A stretch of DNA of 64,000 nucleotides from an uncultured Lentisphaerales bacterium (GTDB lineage Bacteria; Verrucomicrobiota; Kiritimatiellia; RFP12; CAYQJG01): assembly GCA_964417715.1 (NCBI GenBank), contig CAYQJG010000008.1, forward strand, positions 18,115-82,114, written 5' to 3'. The notes beneath the pieces are model-generated. The model searched no databases and was not told the origin of the DNA. It saw only the letters and a program-made list of their open reading frames with translations. Below are positions 30,065 through 40,199 of the stretch, piece by piece; the first letter of the stretch is position 1; each line of letters starts with the position of its first letter. The position numbers and the translations under genes are program-made.

Positions 30065-30111
30065 CAGGGCCTCACCCCCGATTTCGCTGTCTACACGCGC
30101 TGCCATCTGCG

Positions 30112-30609
30112 ATGAAATCACTGTTCGTACGAGGGTTCCTGCTGGTGTGGTTCGTCGCCGCTGCACCATGCCTGGTCACGGCGGCGCTGCCGCCGGGCGG
30201 CAACTGGCCGGCGTGGCGCGGGGATGGCTCGGGAATCAGCGGCGACACCGGTCTGCCGGTAACTTGGAACGCCACGAACCGTGTTCTTTGGCACACGCCG
30301 CTGCCGGGCGAAGGAAGTTCCTCGCCGATCGTGTGGGGCCGGCGCGCGTTCGTCACCGCGTCCACGGCAGGCGGCACAAACCGGCTGGTCCTCTGCCTGG
30401 ATGCCGAGGACGGTCGCATTCTCTGGCAGCGGCAGGTGCTCGCGGCGCGGATTCCGCGAACCGATCCGAAATCCGGCTACGCCCCGGCGACGCCGGCGAC
30501 CGACGGCCAACGTCTGTACGTCTTCTTCGATGCGCCCGGGTTGATGGCCTTCGACCTGGATGGGCGGCCGCTCTGGACGCTGCCGCTCGGACCGTTCCAG
30601 ACGCCTTAG
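30112..30609 (+). CDS. PQQ-like beta-propeller repeat protein, short N-terminal fragment (possibly truncated/pseudogene)
   Basis: Signal peptide plus ~2 PQQ-like repeats (ITAASTAGG.. / RILWQRQV / RLYVFFDAPG); only 165 aa, stop overlaps convergent tpx stop. Confidence 0.5.
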   Translation: MKSLFVRGFLLVWFVAAAPCLVTAALPPGGNWPAWRGDGSGISGDTGLPVTWNATNRVLWHTPLPGEGSSSPIVWGRRAFVTASTAGGTNRLVLCLDAEDGRILWQRQVLAARIPRTDPKSGYAPATPATDGQRLYVFFDAPGLMAFDLDGRPLWTLPLGPFQTP

Positions 30610-31106
30610 GCCAGCGCCTTCAGCGCCGCGGCGTAATCCGGCTCCTGCGCGATCTCAGGCACCAACTCGGTGTACTTCACGACGCCCGCGGGGTCGATCA
30701 CCACCACGGCGCGGGCCAGCAAACCGGCCAGCGGCGAGTCGGCGATCATCAGGCCGTAGTCCTTGCCAAACGCGGGGGCGCGAAACACGGACAGCGTCTT
30801 GACGTTCTTGAGCCCCTCGGCGCCGCAGAACCGGCCCTGGGCGAACGGCAGGTCTGCCGAGATGCACAGCACCAGCGCGTTCGGACGCGCGGCCGCCTCG
30901 GCATTGAATCGCTTGACCGACAGCGCGCAGACCGGCGTATCGATGCTCGGGAAGATGTTGAGCACGGTCCATTTGCCTTTGGCATCCGCCAGCTTGAATG
31001 CACTCAGATCGCCGCCGGTCAGTTCGAACGCCGGCGCCGGTTTGCCGACCGCGGGCAGGTTGCCGACGGTATGGATGGGTGAACCCTTGAATGTGATCTT
31101 CGCCAT
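30606..31106 (-). CDS. tpx: Thiol peroxidase (Tpx)
   Basis: Tpx motif FPSIDTPVCA; AGGAG RBS. Confidence 0.9.
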   Translation of the reverse strand: MAKITFKGSPIHTVGNLPAVGKPAPAFELTGGDLSAFKLADAKGKWTVLNIFPSIDTPVCALSVKRFNAEAAARPNALVLCISADLPFAQGRFCGAEGLKNVKTLSVFRAPAFGKDYGLMIADSPLAGLLARAVVVIDPAGVVKYTELVPEIAQEPDYAAALKALA

Positions 31107-31112
31107 GATGAC

Positions 31113-32339
31113 TTACTCCTTACGCAGGGCCACGACGGGATCGAGACGCGCCGCCCGCCAGGCGGGCACAATGCTCGCCAGCGTGCAGAACGCGATCACC
31201 GAAACCGCCACCTGAACCACCTCGGACGGGATCACCCGCCACGGGATCTCCGACAAACCGTAGATGCTTTTCGGGAAAACTTCAAGCCCGGCGCGACCGA
31301 GTCCATTCACCAGGTGCTGCAGGTTGTTCAGGACACCATACGCCGCGCCGATGCCCAGCAACGTCCCGACCAGGCACTGGATCCAGCCATGCAGGACAAA
31401 CGTGACCATGATCTGGCGCGAGGTGAACCCCAGCGCCTTGAGCAGCCCGATCTCGTCGGTCTTCTGGACCGTGATCACGATCAGCGTGTTGGTCACGCAG
31501 AAGATCGCCACCACCGTGATGAACATCAGCAGGATCACCATCATGTTCTTCTCGACGGCCAGCGCATTGAAGAGCTGGCGGTCCACCTCCTGCCAGGTTC
31601 GCACGCGATAGGATGGCCCGATGGCCGTGCGGATCAGCTCGACGCAACCGCTGAACGCCGTCAGGTTCTGCGGATCGGCCGTCTTCACATGGATCGAGTA
31701 GGCGCCGCTCTTCAGCCCCATCAGATCGCGACCGACGGCCAGCGAGGTGATCAGGAAGCCGCTGTCGAAGTCGCGCTGTCCGGAGTCGAAGATGCCGCGC
31801 ACCTCCAGCTTCTCCGGGAAGTAGACCTCGTCGGGCGTGACCAGGTTCATCGGCGAGTAGACCAGGATCTCATCGCCGACGCTCACGTCAAGCTCGGCGG
31901 CCAGGTCGAGTCCCACGAGGGCGGCATCACCCGTCAGGTCGAATGTGCCGGCGACCATGTTGGTGAGTTGCAGCATGCGCTGGGCGCGTTCCGGCTGGAC
32001 ACCCACGAAGATGGGGGCCGAGATGTGGCGATTGTGGTCGACGAGCACGCGCATCTCGACGCTGGGCGAAACAGCCGTCACGCCGGGCACGGCCTCGATC
32101 GTCCGGCACAGCTTCTCCTCGCGCATGATCACGCCCTGCTGCGCCGTGATCGTCACATGGGGCTTGAAGGCCAGAATCTTCTCGCGCCACATGTCGCCGA
32201 ACCCGGTCATCACCGCGCGCACGATGATGATCACAGCCACCCCGAGCACGACGCCCAAGACGGAGATCACGGTGACGACGGAGGTAAAGGAGCGCTTGGG
32301 CTTCAGGTACTTGAGCGCCAGAAACAGCGAGAACGACAT
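31113..32339 (-). CDS. Lipoprotein-releasing system-type ABC permease (LolC/E, FtsX fold)
   Basis: N-terminus MSFSLFLALKYLKPKR... with TM1, large periplasmic loop and C-terminal 3 TM, typical LolC/E / MacB-type. Confidence 0.8.
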   Translation of the reverse strand: MSFSLFLALKYLKPKRSFTSVVTVISVLGVVLGVAVIIIVRAVMTGFGDMWREKILAFKPHVTITAQQGVIMREEKLCRTIEAVPGVTAVSPSVEMRVLVDHNRHISAPIFVGVQPERAQRMLQLTNMVAGTFDLTGDAALVGLDLAAELDVSVGDEILVYSPMNLVTPDEVYFPEKLEVRGIFDSGQRDFDSGFLITSLAVGRDLMGLKSGAYSIHVKTADPQNLTAFSGCVELIRTAIGPSYRVRTWQEVDRQLFNALAVEKNMMVILLMFITVVAIFCVTNTLIVITVQKTDEIGLLKALGFTSRQIMVTFVLHGWIQCLVGTLLGIGAAYGVLNNLQHLVNGLGRAGLEVFPKSIYGLSEIPWRVIPSEVVQVAVSVIAFCTLASIVPAWRAARLDPVVALRKE

Positions 32340-32374
32340 GCCACACTCCGGTTGTTACGGGCCAGTATACCACA

Positions 32375-33541
32375 CTACCGTCGCACGCGAACGTACTCGT
32401 AACAGCGCCGCAGACTGTCCTGGAACTCCGCAAAAGAGTAGGTCGTGCCGGCGAGTTCGCGGCCGCGCCGCCCCAGGTCGGCGCGGCGTTCGGGGTCGCG
32501 ACACAGCCGCAGGATGCCGCCGGCCAGGGCGTCGGCGCTGGGCGCCGTCAGCACCGCCACGTCGGGCGTCAGCACCACGCGGTTGGCGGCGCAGTCCGTG
32601 GCCACGATGGCCGCACCGGACTGAAGGTAGTCCATGAGTTTCATGGGCGGGCACTGGCCGGTGACGCGCGGCGCGACCAGGATATCGGAGGCGGCCAGCA
32701 CGGCGGCCAGCTCGTGCGGCGGCAGGCGCCCCAGGAAGGTGACGGCCGCTGCAATCCCCGCCGCGGCCAGCGCCTGCCTGCGGCGTTCGACCTCGCGCGG
32801 GGTCCCGCCCACGATGACACACTGGACGCGCGCGTCGCGCTTCAGAACTTCGGGGATGGCCGCGAGCAGCAGGTCCAGTCCCGGCGAAGGCGCCAGCGAT
32901 CCCGTGTAGGTCACCAGCAACCGGTCGGCACGGTCCGCCAACCGGTCACGCGCGGCCGCACGGATGCCCGGCACAACCGGGTCCAGGTTGGCAGGGATGT
33001 CGGCAATCAGGCAGGCGCGCCCTTCGCGGCCGATCGCGCGCAGACAGGCCGTGACGCCCGGATCGACGACGATCACAGCATCGGCACGCCTGAGCGCCAG
33101 GCGTTCGGACGCCCGGTAGAGCGCGGCGATGGGGCGACGCCACCAGCGCAGCCGGCCGAGGAACCGGTCATCATGCTGTTCAAACACCACGGACGCGTGC
33201 GCCAGGCGCCCGACCAGCCAGGCAATGGACCCGACGTCGTCCACGCCATGCACGACGGCGTAACGGTTGCGCAGGACCAGCGACACCGCGCGCACCAGCA
33301 GCATCACATCGTAGAGAATCTTGCGGACGGAGGGCCCCTCCGGCAGGTCGCGTCCGAACAGCAGACGGGGCACGGTCAGGGTTCGCACCATCGGCACCGC
33401 CGGCGGCAGGCCGACCGGGACAGTCAGCAGGTCGACTTCGTAGCCCAGACGAGACAGGGCGTCCACGGCATGCCCGACACGCAGGCAGGGCCCGCGCCAC
33501 GGAAGATGCGCTTTGGAGGAGATGAACAGCACGCGATCCAT
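32375..33541 (-). CDS. Glycosyltransferase family 4 (GT-B fold)
   Basis: GT4-like N- and C-terminal domains, ~388 aa. Confidence 0.75.
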   Translation of the reverse strand: MDRVLFISSKAHLPWRGPCLRVGHAVDALSRLGYEVDLLTVPVGLPPAVPMVRTLTVPRLLFGRDLPEGPSVRKILYDVMLLVRAVSLVLRNRYAVVHGVDDVGSIAWLVGRLAHASVVFEQHDDRFLGRLRWWRRPIAALYRASERLALRRADAVIVVDPGVTACLRAIGREGRACLIADIPANLDPVVPGIRAAARDRLADRADRLLVTYTGSLAPSPGLDLLLAAIPEVLKRDARVQCVIVGGTPREVERRRQALAAAGIAAAVTFLGRLPPHELAAVLAASDILVAPRVTGQCPPMKLMDYLQSGAAIVATDCAANRVVLTPDVAVLTAPSADALAGGILRLCRDPERRADLGRRGRELAGTTYSFAEFQDSLRRCYEYVRVRR

Positions 33542-33700
33542 CGAGGTACCTCAGAGTGTGATCAAGAGCCCAGATGTTAGCGCGCCACGCGGCGATGGGA
33601 AGCAGATTCGCTCAGCCATGCAGCACATGCGCCAGGCCCGTACGTGCGGACCAGGGCGCGCCACGGCATCTCGCCGTTACCCGTGGTGGCCGGCGGCAGG

Positions 33701-34243
33701 TCAAGGCGCTTCCTGATAGGACCAGCCGCAGACCGGACAGACCTGCTTGCCCGTGGGAATCTCGCTTCCGCACGCCATGCATTCACTTGGCATCGAAAGA
33801 TCGCTGAACTTGGCGAAATCGGGGTCCGATCCCTTCTCATGGCACGTTTCAGGCGCCCCTTCGGGAGGTGCAGACAACGTCAGCTCCAGGCAGGGGCTGT
33901 GTCCTGCGTACGCCTGTGTGTCGAGACAGTACGGGAGGAAGCGCAGAGCCTCGTCGTGTGCCATTGGCCGAACGACCTGCGTTTCCATGTCTGCCGGCAT
34001 CGGCACCAGTTCACCCTCCAACTTCAGCCCCTGAGACGCAAGCGGCAACTGCACCAGCAGCGCATCGCCCCCTCCCAGCACGAGAACGCGGTAGTCCGCC
34101 AGCGCCTTCCTCTGAACACACAGCGGCGCAAGGGTATTCCACGACTCCCTGACGAGTTGGAATCCGGTGTCCATCAGCCGGAGGCCGGGTGCGATTCCAG
34201 ACGGTGGACGTGAGTCCCGTTGGGACGGGACAACGTCCCTCAC
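33701..34243 (-). CDS. Hypothetical protein with C-terminal zinc ribbon (CxxC-x10-CPVC)
   Basis: C-terminus ECMACGSEIPTGKQVCPVCGW; alternative start 34174. Confidence 0.45.
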   Translation of the reverse strand: MRDVVPSQRDSRPPSGIAPGLRLMDTGFQLVRESWNTLAPLCVQRKALADYRVLVLGGGDALLVQLPLASQGLKLEGELVPMPADMETQVVRPMAHDEALRFLPYCLDTQAYAGHSPCLELTLSAPPEGAPETCHEKGSDPDFAKFSDLSMPSECMACGSEIPTGKQVCPVCGWSYQEAP

Positions 34244-34405
34244 GGGAGAGCGAGAGGGGGAGTTTCCACCACAAAGGTCACGAAGGAATCGCGTGTTTGG
34301 TCCAGTATTTCATGAAATAGCAAAGTCAAGACAGCCACATGGCCGTAGATCGCACCCTCGCCGGCCGGGCAACGGATGGTGACTTCGCCGGCCGCCGCGG
34401 CTATC

Positions 34406-34894
34406 ATGATAGGCGTGCTGGTCGTCATCGATAACCGTCAATGTCTCTGCCGCGTGGACAGCCGCGCCCTCCGTGGCGTGCTGGCTGGCGTGGCCGGCTG
34501 CGCGCAGCGCGCACGCCGCCAGCCGCCCTGGCGCGAGCTGACGGTGATCCTGACGGACGATGACGGCATCGCGCCGGTCAACCGGGCCATCATGGGCCAC
34601 GACGGCGCAACCGATGTCATCACCCAGCGCTACGAAGCGCTGCCGGGCGAGCCGCCCGGCCTCGTCGGCGAACTCGTCGTCAACGTCGAACGCGCGTGGC
34701 AGGTGGGGTCGCGCGGACGGCGCGGCTGGTCGCCGACACAAGAACTGGCGCTTTACCTCGCCCACGGCTGCGACCATCTGAACGACGAGGATGACGCGAC
34801 CACGGCCGGCCGACGACGCATGCGGCGCAGGGAACTGCGCTGGCTGCGTGAACTCGGCGCCCCGCCGGCGCTTCTGTGTCGCACGCGCGGGTGA
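34406..34894 (+). CDS. ybeY: rRNA maturation endoribonuclease YbeY
   Basis: ATDVITQRYE and zinc-site H-G-C-D-H-L-N-D-E-D (HGxxHLxGxDHxxD-like). Confidence 0.75.
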   Translation: MIGVLVVIDNRQCLCRVDSRALRGVLAGVAGCAQRARRQPPWRELTVILTDDDGIAPVNRAIMGHDGATDVITQRYEALPGEPPGLVGELVVNVERAWQVGSRGRRGWSPTQELALYLAHGCDHLNDEDDATTAGRRRMRRRELRWLRELGAPPALLCRTRG

Positions 34895-34898
34895 CGGC

Positions 34899-35909
34899 CT
34901 AGGCCCGCGGATGGGCCTTGCGGTAGACGTCCTTGAGGCGCGCAACGGATACGTGCGTATAAATCTGTGTCGTGGAAAGGCTGGCGTGCCCGAGCAGTTC
35001 CTGGACGCTGCGCAGGTCGGCCCCGGCGTCGAGCAGGTGCGTGGCAAAGGAGTGCCGCAGCTTGTGCGGCGTGATTTCCGGCGGCAGGCCGGCGGCGGCC
35101 AGCCAGGTCTTGAGACGGCGCTCGACCGAGCGCGCCGTGAGCGGCCCGCCCTGGAGGTTGAGGAAGAGCGGATGACCGGGTTTGGCCGCGTCGGGCCAGC
35201 GCGCTTCAGCCTCGTCCAGCATGCGTTCCAGCGCCTGCACGGCCGGCCGGCCCAGCGCGCACAACCGCTCCTTCTTCCCTTTGCCGCGCACGCGTGCCAC
35301 GCCGCCCAGCAGGTCGACCGCGCCGCGCGTCAGCCCGACGATCTCGCTCACGCGGCCGCCGGTGCTGTAGAGCGTCTCAAGAATGGCCGTGTCGCGCCGC
35401 GCCGCGTACGCGCCGTCGGGGTCGGGCGCTCCGCTCCGCGCGCATTTCTCCGCCCACGCCCGGGCGGGCGCGGCCAGCAAGGCGGCCACTTGCGGCACGG
35501 TCAGCACGACCGGCAGGCGCCGGGCCAGGCGCGGCCCGTGCAAGCCGCCGAACGGGTTGCGTGCCACCTCGTTCTCGCGCCCGAGGAACCGGTAGAAGGC
35601 GCGCAGCGCCGAGAGTTTGCGGCGGGTGGTGGTCGGCTCGCTGCCGCCTTTCTGGAACTCGATCAGGAACCCGCGCGCAGCGTACCGGTCGGGCCGGCGC
35701 CAGTCATAGGGCGGACGAACGGCCGCATCGGGCCAGCAATAGGCGGCAAACTGACCAATGTCCTGCAGGTAGCCGGAGACGGTGTGCCGCGAAGCGTTGC
35801 GCTCGGCTTCGAGGTGGCGCACGAACTGACTGACCCACGGGTCGCCGGCGATGTCCGCACGGACCGGCATGTCGGCCGGACCGGCGTCTGCAACCCACTC
35901 GACCTCCAT
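34899..35909 (-). CDS. xerC: Tyrosine recombinase XerC/XerD
   Basis: C-terminal catalytic box LLGHASLSTTQIYTHVSVARLKDVY, R..H..R..Y residues; alternative start 35870. Confidence 0.85.
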   Translation of the reverse strand: MEVEWVADAGPADMPVRADIAGDPWVSQFVRHLEAERNASRHTVSGYLQDIGQFAAYCWPDAAVRPPYDWRRPDRYAARGFLIEFQKGGSEPTTTRRKLSALRAFYRFLGRENEVARNPFGGLHGPRLARRLPVVLTVPQVAALLAAPARAWAEKCARSGAPDPDGAYAARRDTAILETLYSTGGRVSEIVGLTRGAVDLLGGVARVRGKGKKERLCALGRPAVQALERMLDEAEARWPDAAKPGHPLFLNLQGGPLTARSVERRLKTWLAAAGLPPEITPHKLRHSFATHLLDAGADLRSVQELLGHASLSTTQIYTHVSVARLKDVYRKAHPRA

Positions 35910-35924
35910 GGGCGTCCCCTCTCC

Positions 35925-36731
35925 TCAGCGCGAGCCCAGGCCCTTCAGCACGGCCTCCGAGATGCGGCGGCCATCGGCCAGAACGGGGGTCTGGCGCGGG
36001 CGCCAGCCCTTGCGACGGCCATAGGCGGTCATCAGGTACCCCTTGCTGAGGCCGATCGGCGCGTTCAGCAGGTGAGCCGCTCCGTACAGCGCCCCCACCA
36101 GCCTGCGGGACGCGTCCGCGGCACCAGGCTGCCGCTCGCGCCGATCCACCCACTGCCGCACCATCTGCATCCAGAAACGGCAGAAGTGGCGCATTCCCAG
36201 CACATCGAACCCGCCCTTCAGAAGGTCGAACACGGCGCTTTCCGAGTAGCGACCGCCGGTTCCGGCGACCAGGCGACGGTGGTTGAGCAGGTAAGCCAAA
36301 CCAAACGGTTTGTCGTACTCGACGGTCAGCACGATCAGGCCGCCCACCTTGAGGACGCGATGCGCCTCGCGGATGACCGCATCGTCGGCCACCGGGTCGC
36401 CCGACAGACAACCGTGGGCGAGCACCACGATATCGAACTGTTTGTCCTCAAACGGCAGTTCGCCGTGCGGGCCGAGGCATTCGGCCGCGGCGCCCAGCGC
36501 CGCGGAGCAGATACGCTGCCCTTCGGCATCGCACGCCACAGCCGTCCAGTACCCGCCCATGCGCCGCAGCAGGTGACTGGCCGTCGGATTGCCAAACCCC
36601 ACGTCGAGGCAAGCCTTGTTGCCCAGCCTGGACGTGCCCAGGAAGCGCATCACCGCCTCGACTTCCATCCGTTCGGGCAACAGCAGCTTGACGGCGCCCT
36701 TGGCGCGAGGCGGTTTTTCTGTTTTTTCCAT
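35925..36731 (-). CDS. Class I SAM-dependent methyltransferase
   Basis: Motif I-like LDVGFGNPTASHLL and post-I acidic residue; ~268 aa. Confidence 0.55.
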   Translation of the reverse strand: MEKTEKPPRAKGAVKLLLPERMEVEAVMRFLGTSRLGNKACLDVGFGNPTASHLLRRMGGYWTAVACDAEGQRICSAALGAAAECLGPHGELPFEDKQFDIVVLAHGCLSGDPVADDAVIREAHRVLKVGGLIVLTVEYDKPFGLAYLLNHRRLVAGTGGRYSESAVFDLLKGGFDVLGMRHFCRFWMQMVRQWVDRRERQPGAADASRRLVGALYGAAHLLNAPIGLSKGYLMTAYGRRKGWRPRQTPVLADGRRISEAVLKGLGSR

Positions 36732-36899
36732 GGAAGGGTCGGCGGGTGGGTGCAAGCGTGGGACGGATCAACTGTGCGATAGCCTATTCCATTTGGCCGG
36801 TCGGCGCAACCCCGGCTGCACTGGCGCGAGATCCCGGTTGACCAACCGCGTCAATCTGTGGTCTCATCGTAACACCTACCCGCTGATACGATTCACCCC

Positions 36900-38189
36900 A
36901 TGCGCTGGCTGTTCTACTCCATTTTCGCGGCACTGCTCCTCGCCTCGGGCGCAGCGTGGATCGTCTCGCCGCGCGCGGTTCATCAGGGCAGGACCATTCT
37001 GACCTGGATCAGCGACGACAATCCGGCGCGCCGCGACCAGGTCGCCTTGTTCAACACGCTGCACCCGCAGTACGAATTGCGGCTCGACCCCGGGAACAAC
37101 GGCGCGGACAAGGTGCTGGTGCAGAGCCTGTCGGGGGTCGGTCCGGACATCTTCGACTGCTACTCGACAGGACAACTGCAGACCTACGTTGATGCGGGCG
37201 TCGCGTGGGACATCACCGACGAGCTCACGCGCCGCGGCATCACGCCCGATCAGACCTGGCCGCTGGCATACACCAGCTTCATGATCGGCGACCGTGTCTA
37301 CGGCTGGCCCGACAACATCGGCGCGAACGGCCTGTGGTATCACAAGGACCTGTTTGACCAGGCCGGCGTTCCCTACCCGCCGCGCACGATGACTTGGGCG
37401 ACGCTCGTGGAGCTCGCACAGAAGCTCACGGTGCGCCGGAACGGGCGCATCGTGCAGTACGGGATGCTTGGAGACGGTTCGCTGCCGCTGGAGTTCATGA
37501 CGACCAATGGCGGGCGGACCTTCGACGCGACCGGACGGACGTGCGTGCTGCACTCGCCCGAGAACATCGAAGCCGTGCAGTTCTGGCTCGACCTGATGTA
37601 CAGGTACGAAGTGATGCCCTCGCCGCTGGCAGAAGCCACCATGGCGACACAGGGCGGCTGGGGTTCGGGCACGATCACGCTGTTTGGCGACAAGCGCGGC
37701 GCGATGGCCGTGGGCGGACGCTGGTGGCTGAGCACCCTGCGCGCCTACAAGGGCCTGCAGTTGGGCGTGAGCGAAGTCCCCTACCAGCGCGTGGACCATG
37801 TGCGCGGCGGCGCGCGCGCCGCGCTGATCAACAGGCACAGCCCGCGCCGTGAGCAGGCGCTGGCGTTCATCCTGCACCTCGCCGGTGAGCCGTACTCGCG
37901 GGCCATCAACGACCAGGCCGACGCATTCGGACCGATGCGACGCCTCGCCAGCACGCCCGAGTTCCTGCTCAACCCGCAGTTTCCCGCCGAAACGTACAAC
38001 GCCGTCTGGGCGGCCATCCTGGAGAAAGCCGAACCCTACGAGACCACGCCGCACGCCGACCTCGACCAAGCAAGCCTGATCCTGAACCTGCAGCTTGATC
38101 TCGTCAAGAGCCGCCTGAAGACACCCGATGCCGCGCTGCGCGATGCAGAGGCTGAGATCAACCGCGCCATGCGGAAGCGAACACCATGA
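36900..38189 (+). CDS. ABC transporter extracellular solute-binding protein (carbohydrate family 1)
   Basis: Signal peptide, SBP_bac_1-like sequence, followed by two permeases. Confidence 0.85.
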   Translation: MRWLFYSIFAALLLASGAAWIVSPRAVHQGRTILTWISDDNPARRDQVALFNTLHPQYELRLDPGNNGADKVLVQSLSGVGPDIFDCYSTGQLQTYVDAGVAWDITDELTRRGITPDQTWPLAYTSFMIGDRVYGWPDNIGANGLWYHKDLFDQAGVPYPPRTMTWATLVELAQKLTVRRNGRIVQYGMLGDGSLPLEFMTTNGGRTFDATGRTCVLHSPENIEAVQFWLDLMYRYEVMPSPLAEATMATQGGWGSGTITLFGDKRGAMAVGGRWWLSTLRAYKGLQLGVSEVPYQRVDHVRGGARAALINRHSPRREQALAFILHLAGEPYSRAINDQADAFGPMRRLASTPEFLLNPQFPAETYNAVWAAILEKAEPYETTPHADLDQASLILNLQLDLVKSRLKTPDAALRDAEAEINRAMRKRTP

Positions 38190-39295
38190 CCCCCTCCCGA
38201 CCACGCCCGCACAACGGTCTCTCCGCCGGCCTTGGCTTTCTTGCGCCGAACATCCTCGGTTTCCTCCTGTTCACCGCCGTGCCTGTGCTGGTGTCGCTCG
38301 TGCTGGCGTTCACCAACTGGAATCTGCGCGAAAGCGTGCACCTCCAGTTCACGGGCCTGCACAACTTCGCCGAACTGCTGCTGGACCAGAAGTTCTGGCT
38401 CTACTTCGTCAACACCGTCTACCTCATGCTCGGCCTGCCCTTCTCGATCGCAGGTTCTCTGGCGCTGGCCTTGCTGCTGCATGAGATGCGTCTGACACAG
38501 CACCTCGCGGGACGGTTCATGCACGCCGCGCTGTCGCTGGTGCTCGCGGCGGTCATCGCGGGTGGCGTGCTGGCGATGGACGCGGCGTGGTCGCGCTGGC
38601 TGTGCGGACTGGTTCTGCTGACGGGTGTCATCTACGCCGCAGGCGTGCTGATGGGGATCGTCGTGTTTCGGACGCTGTATTACCTGCCGAACTTCACGAA
38701 CGGCGTGGCACTGTTCATCCTGTGGAAGGCGCTCTATAACCCGGAGTTCGGCCCGATCAACGCGCTGCTGCGACTGTTCGTCGAGAACCCGCCGCAATGG
38801 CTGACCTCCGCGAACAACCTGTTCGGACTCAGCCCCGAGTCGGTCGCCTGCCAGGCGAAGTTCTTCGGGCTGGGCGCGCGCGATGCGATCAACCTCATGG
38901 GCATCGTGACCGGAATCGGCGGCGGCAACATGCTGCTCTACCTCGCCGGGCTCTCGAACATCTCGCCCGAGCTGTACGAAGCCGCCGGGGTGGACGGTGC
39001 GAGCGGCTGGCAGAAGTTCCGGCACATCACCTGGCCGCAGCTCGCGCCGACGACCTTCTTCATCGTGATCATGAGCACGATCGGCGGACTGCAGGGCGGG
39101 TTCGAGGTTGCGCGTGTGATGACCAGCGGCGGCCCGGCAGGGACGACGACGACCCTCAGCTACTACATCTACCAAGCGGCGTTTCAGCGGATGGAGTTCG
39201 GCTACGCCTCGGCCATCGCCTGGGTGCTGTTCACCATCGTGTTCGCTCTGACGCTGCTGAACTGGAAATTTGGAAACCGGCATGTCAGCGAGTAG
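38186..39295 (+). CDS. Carbohydrate ABC transporter permease (MalF/UgpA-like)
   Basis: 6-8 TM helices with EAA-loop region; ATGA coupling to the solute-binding protein gene. Confidence 0.85.
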   Translation: MTPSRPRPHNGLSAGLGFLAPNILGFLLFTAVPVLVSLVLAFTNWNLRESVHLQFTGLHNFAELLLDQKFWLYFVNTVYLMLGLPFSIAGSLALALLLHEMRLTQHLAGRFMHAALSLVLAAVIAGGVLAMDAAWSRWLCGLVLLTGVIYAAGVLMGIVVFRTLYYLPNFTNGVALFILWKALYNPEFGPINALLRLFVENPPQWLTSANNLFGLSPESVACQAKFFGLGARDAINLMGIVTGIGGGNMLLYLAGLSNISPELYEAAGVDGASGWQKFRHITWPQLAPTTFFIVIMSTIGGLQGGFEVARVMTSGGPAGTTTTLSYYIYQAAFQRMEFGYASAIAWVLFTIVFALTLLNWKFGNRHVSE

Positions 39296-40136
39296 ATCCA
39301 TCGGGCACAGCGCACGCGTCCTGTGCATGTCGCTTCTCGGCGTGGCCATGCTGCTGCCATTTCTGTGGATGGTCATGGCCAGCTTCAAGCCGCTGCAGGA
39401 GGTCGAACGGCTCGACCCCCTGCCACAGATTTGGCAGCCGGCGAACTACGCCACCGTTCTCGGATTCCATGCGGACGAACGCACCGGCAAGGTGCTGCCC
39501 ATCCAGTTTGGACGCTGGTATTTCAACAGTGTCTTCATCGCGGCGTGGGTGACATTCCTGCAGGTGCTGACCAGCGCAATGGCTGCTTACGCGTTCGCGC
39601 GCGTGCACTGGCGCGGACGCGACCGCGTCTTCCTGCTTTACCTCGGCACGATGATGGTGCCAGGCGTGGTCACGATGATCCCGAACTACATGCTGATGGT
39701 GAAACTGCATCTCGTGGACAACTACTTCGGGCTGATCCTGCCGGCTGCGTTCAGCGCCTTCGGCGTCTTCCTGCTGCGGCAGTTCATGCTGGGCATTCCC
39801 CCGAGCTACGACGAGGCCGCCAAGATGGACGGCGCGAGCCATTGGCAGATTTTCTGGGATGTGATCCTGCCGTTGTCGCGACCGGGACTGATCACGCTGG
39901 CCATCTTCACATTCCAGGGCAACTTCATGTCGTTCTTCTGGCCGCTGGTGCTGATCAAGAGCGAGTCGCTGCGCACCCTGCCCATCGGTATGCTGTTTTT
40001 TGACAGCAGCTACGGCCGGCAGACAAACTACATCATGGCCGCAACCGTGCTGAACATTCTGCCCCTGATCGTGATCTACATCGCCGGCCAGAAGTTCCTT
40101 GTCAAAGGCATCCAACTGGGCGGAGTGAAGGAATAG
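39282..40136 (+). CDS. Carbohydrate ABC transporter permease (MalG/UgpE-like)
   Basis: EAA motif region DEAAKMDGASHWQIFWDVILP; listed TTG start 39270, ATG 39282 preferred. Confidence 0.85.
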   Translation: MSASRSIGHSARVLCMSLLGVAMLLPFLWMVMASFKPLQEVERLDPLPQIWQPANYATVLGFHADERTGKVLPIQFGRWYFNSVFIAAWVTFLQVLTSAMAAYAFARVHWRGRDRVFLLYLGTMMVPGVVTMIPNYMLMVKLHLVDNYFGLILPAAFSAFGVFLLRQFMLGIPPSYDEAAKMDGASHWQIFWDVILPLSRPGLITLAIFTFQGNFMSFFWPLVLIKSESLRTLPIGMLFFDSSYGRQTNYIMAATVLNILPLIVIYIAGQKFLVKGIQLGGVKE

Positions 40137-40199
40137 CCCGGCGCCGGCGATGCCACATCTGTCGATCGTCCCTAATTGCACACGTCAACTGGAGAACGC

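Noticed and set aside
34080-34180. tRNA-like GTTGGAATCC motif
   Set aside because: Lies inside a protein-coding ORF, with no cloverleaf-compatible flanking complementarity found. No tRNA, rRNA or CRISPR repeats were recognised anywhere in the window.
34214-34231. Short GC-rich hairpins (GTCCCGT-TGGG-ACGGGAC and TCCC-TCAC-GGGA) near the 5' end of the zinc-ribbon hypothetical gene
   Set aside because: Stems of 4-7 bp in GC-rich sequence arise by chance. No T-tract, so not an intrinsic terminator. Insufficient evidence for a regulatory element.
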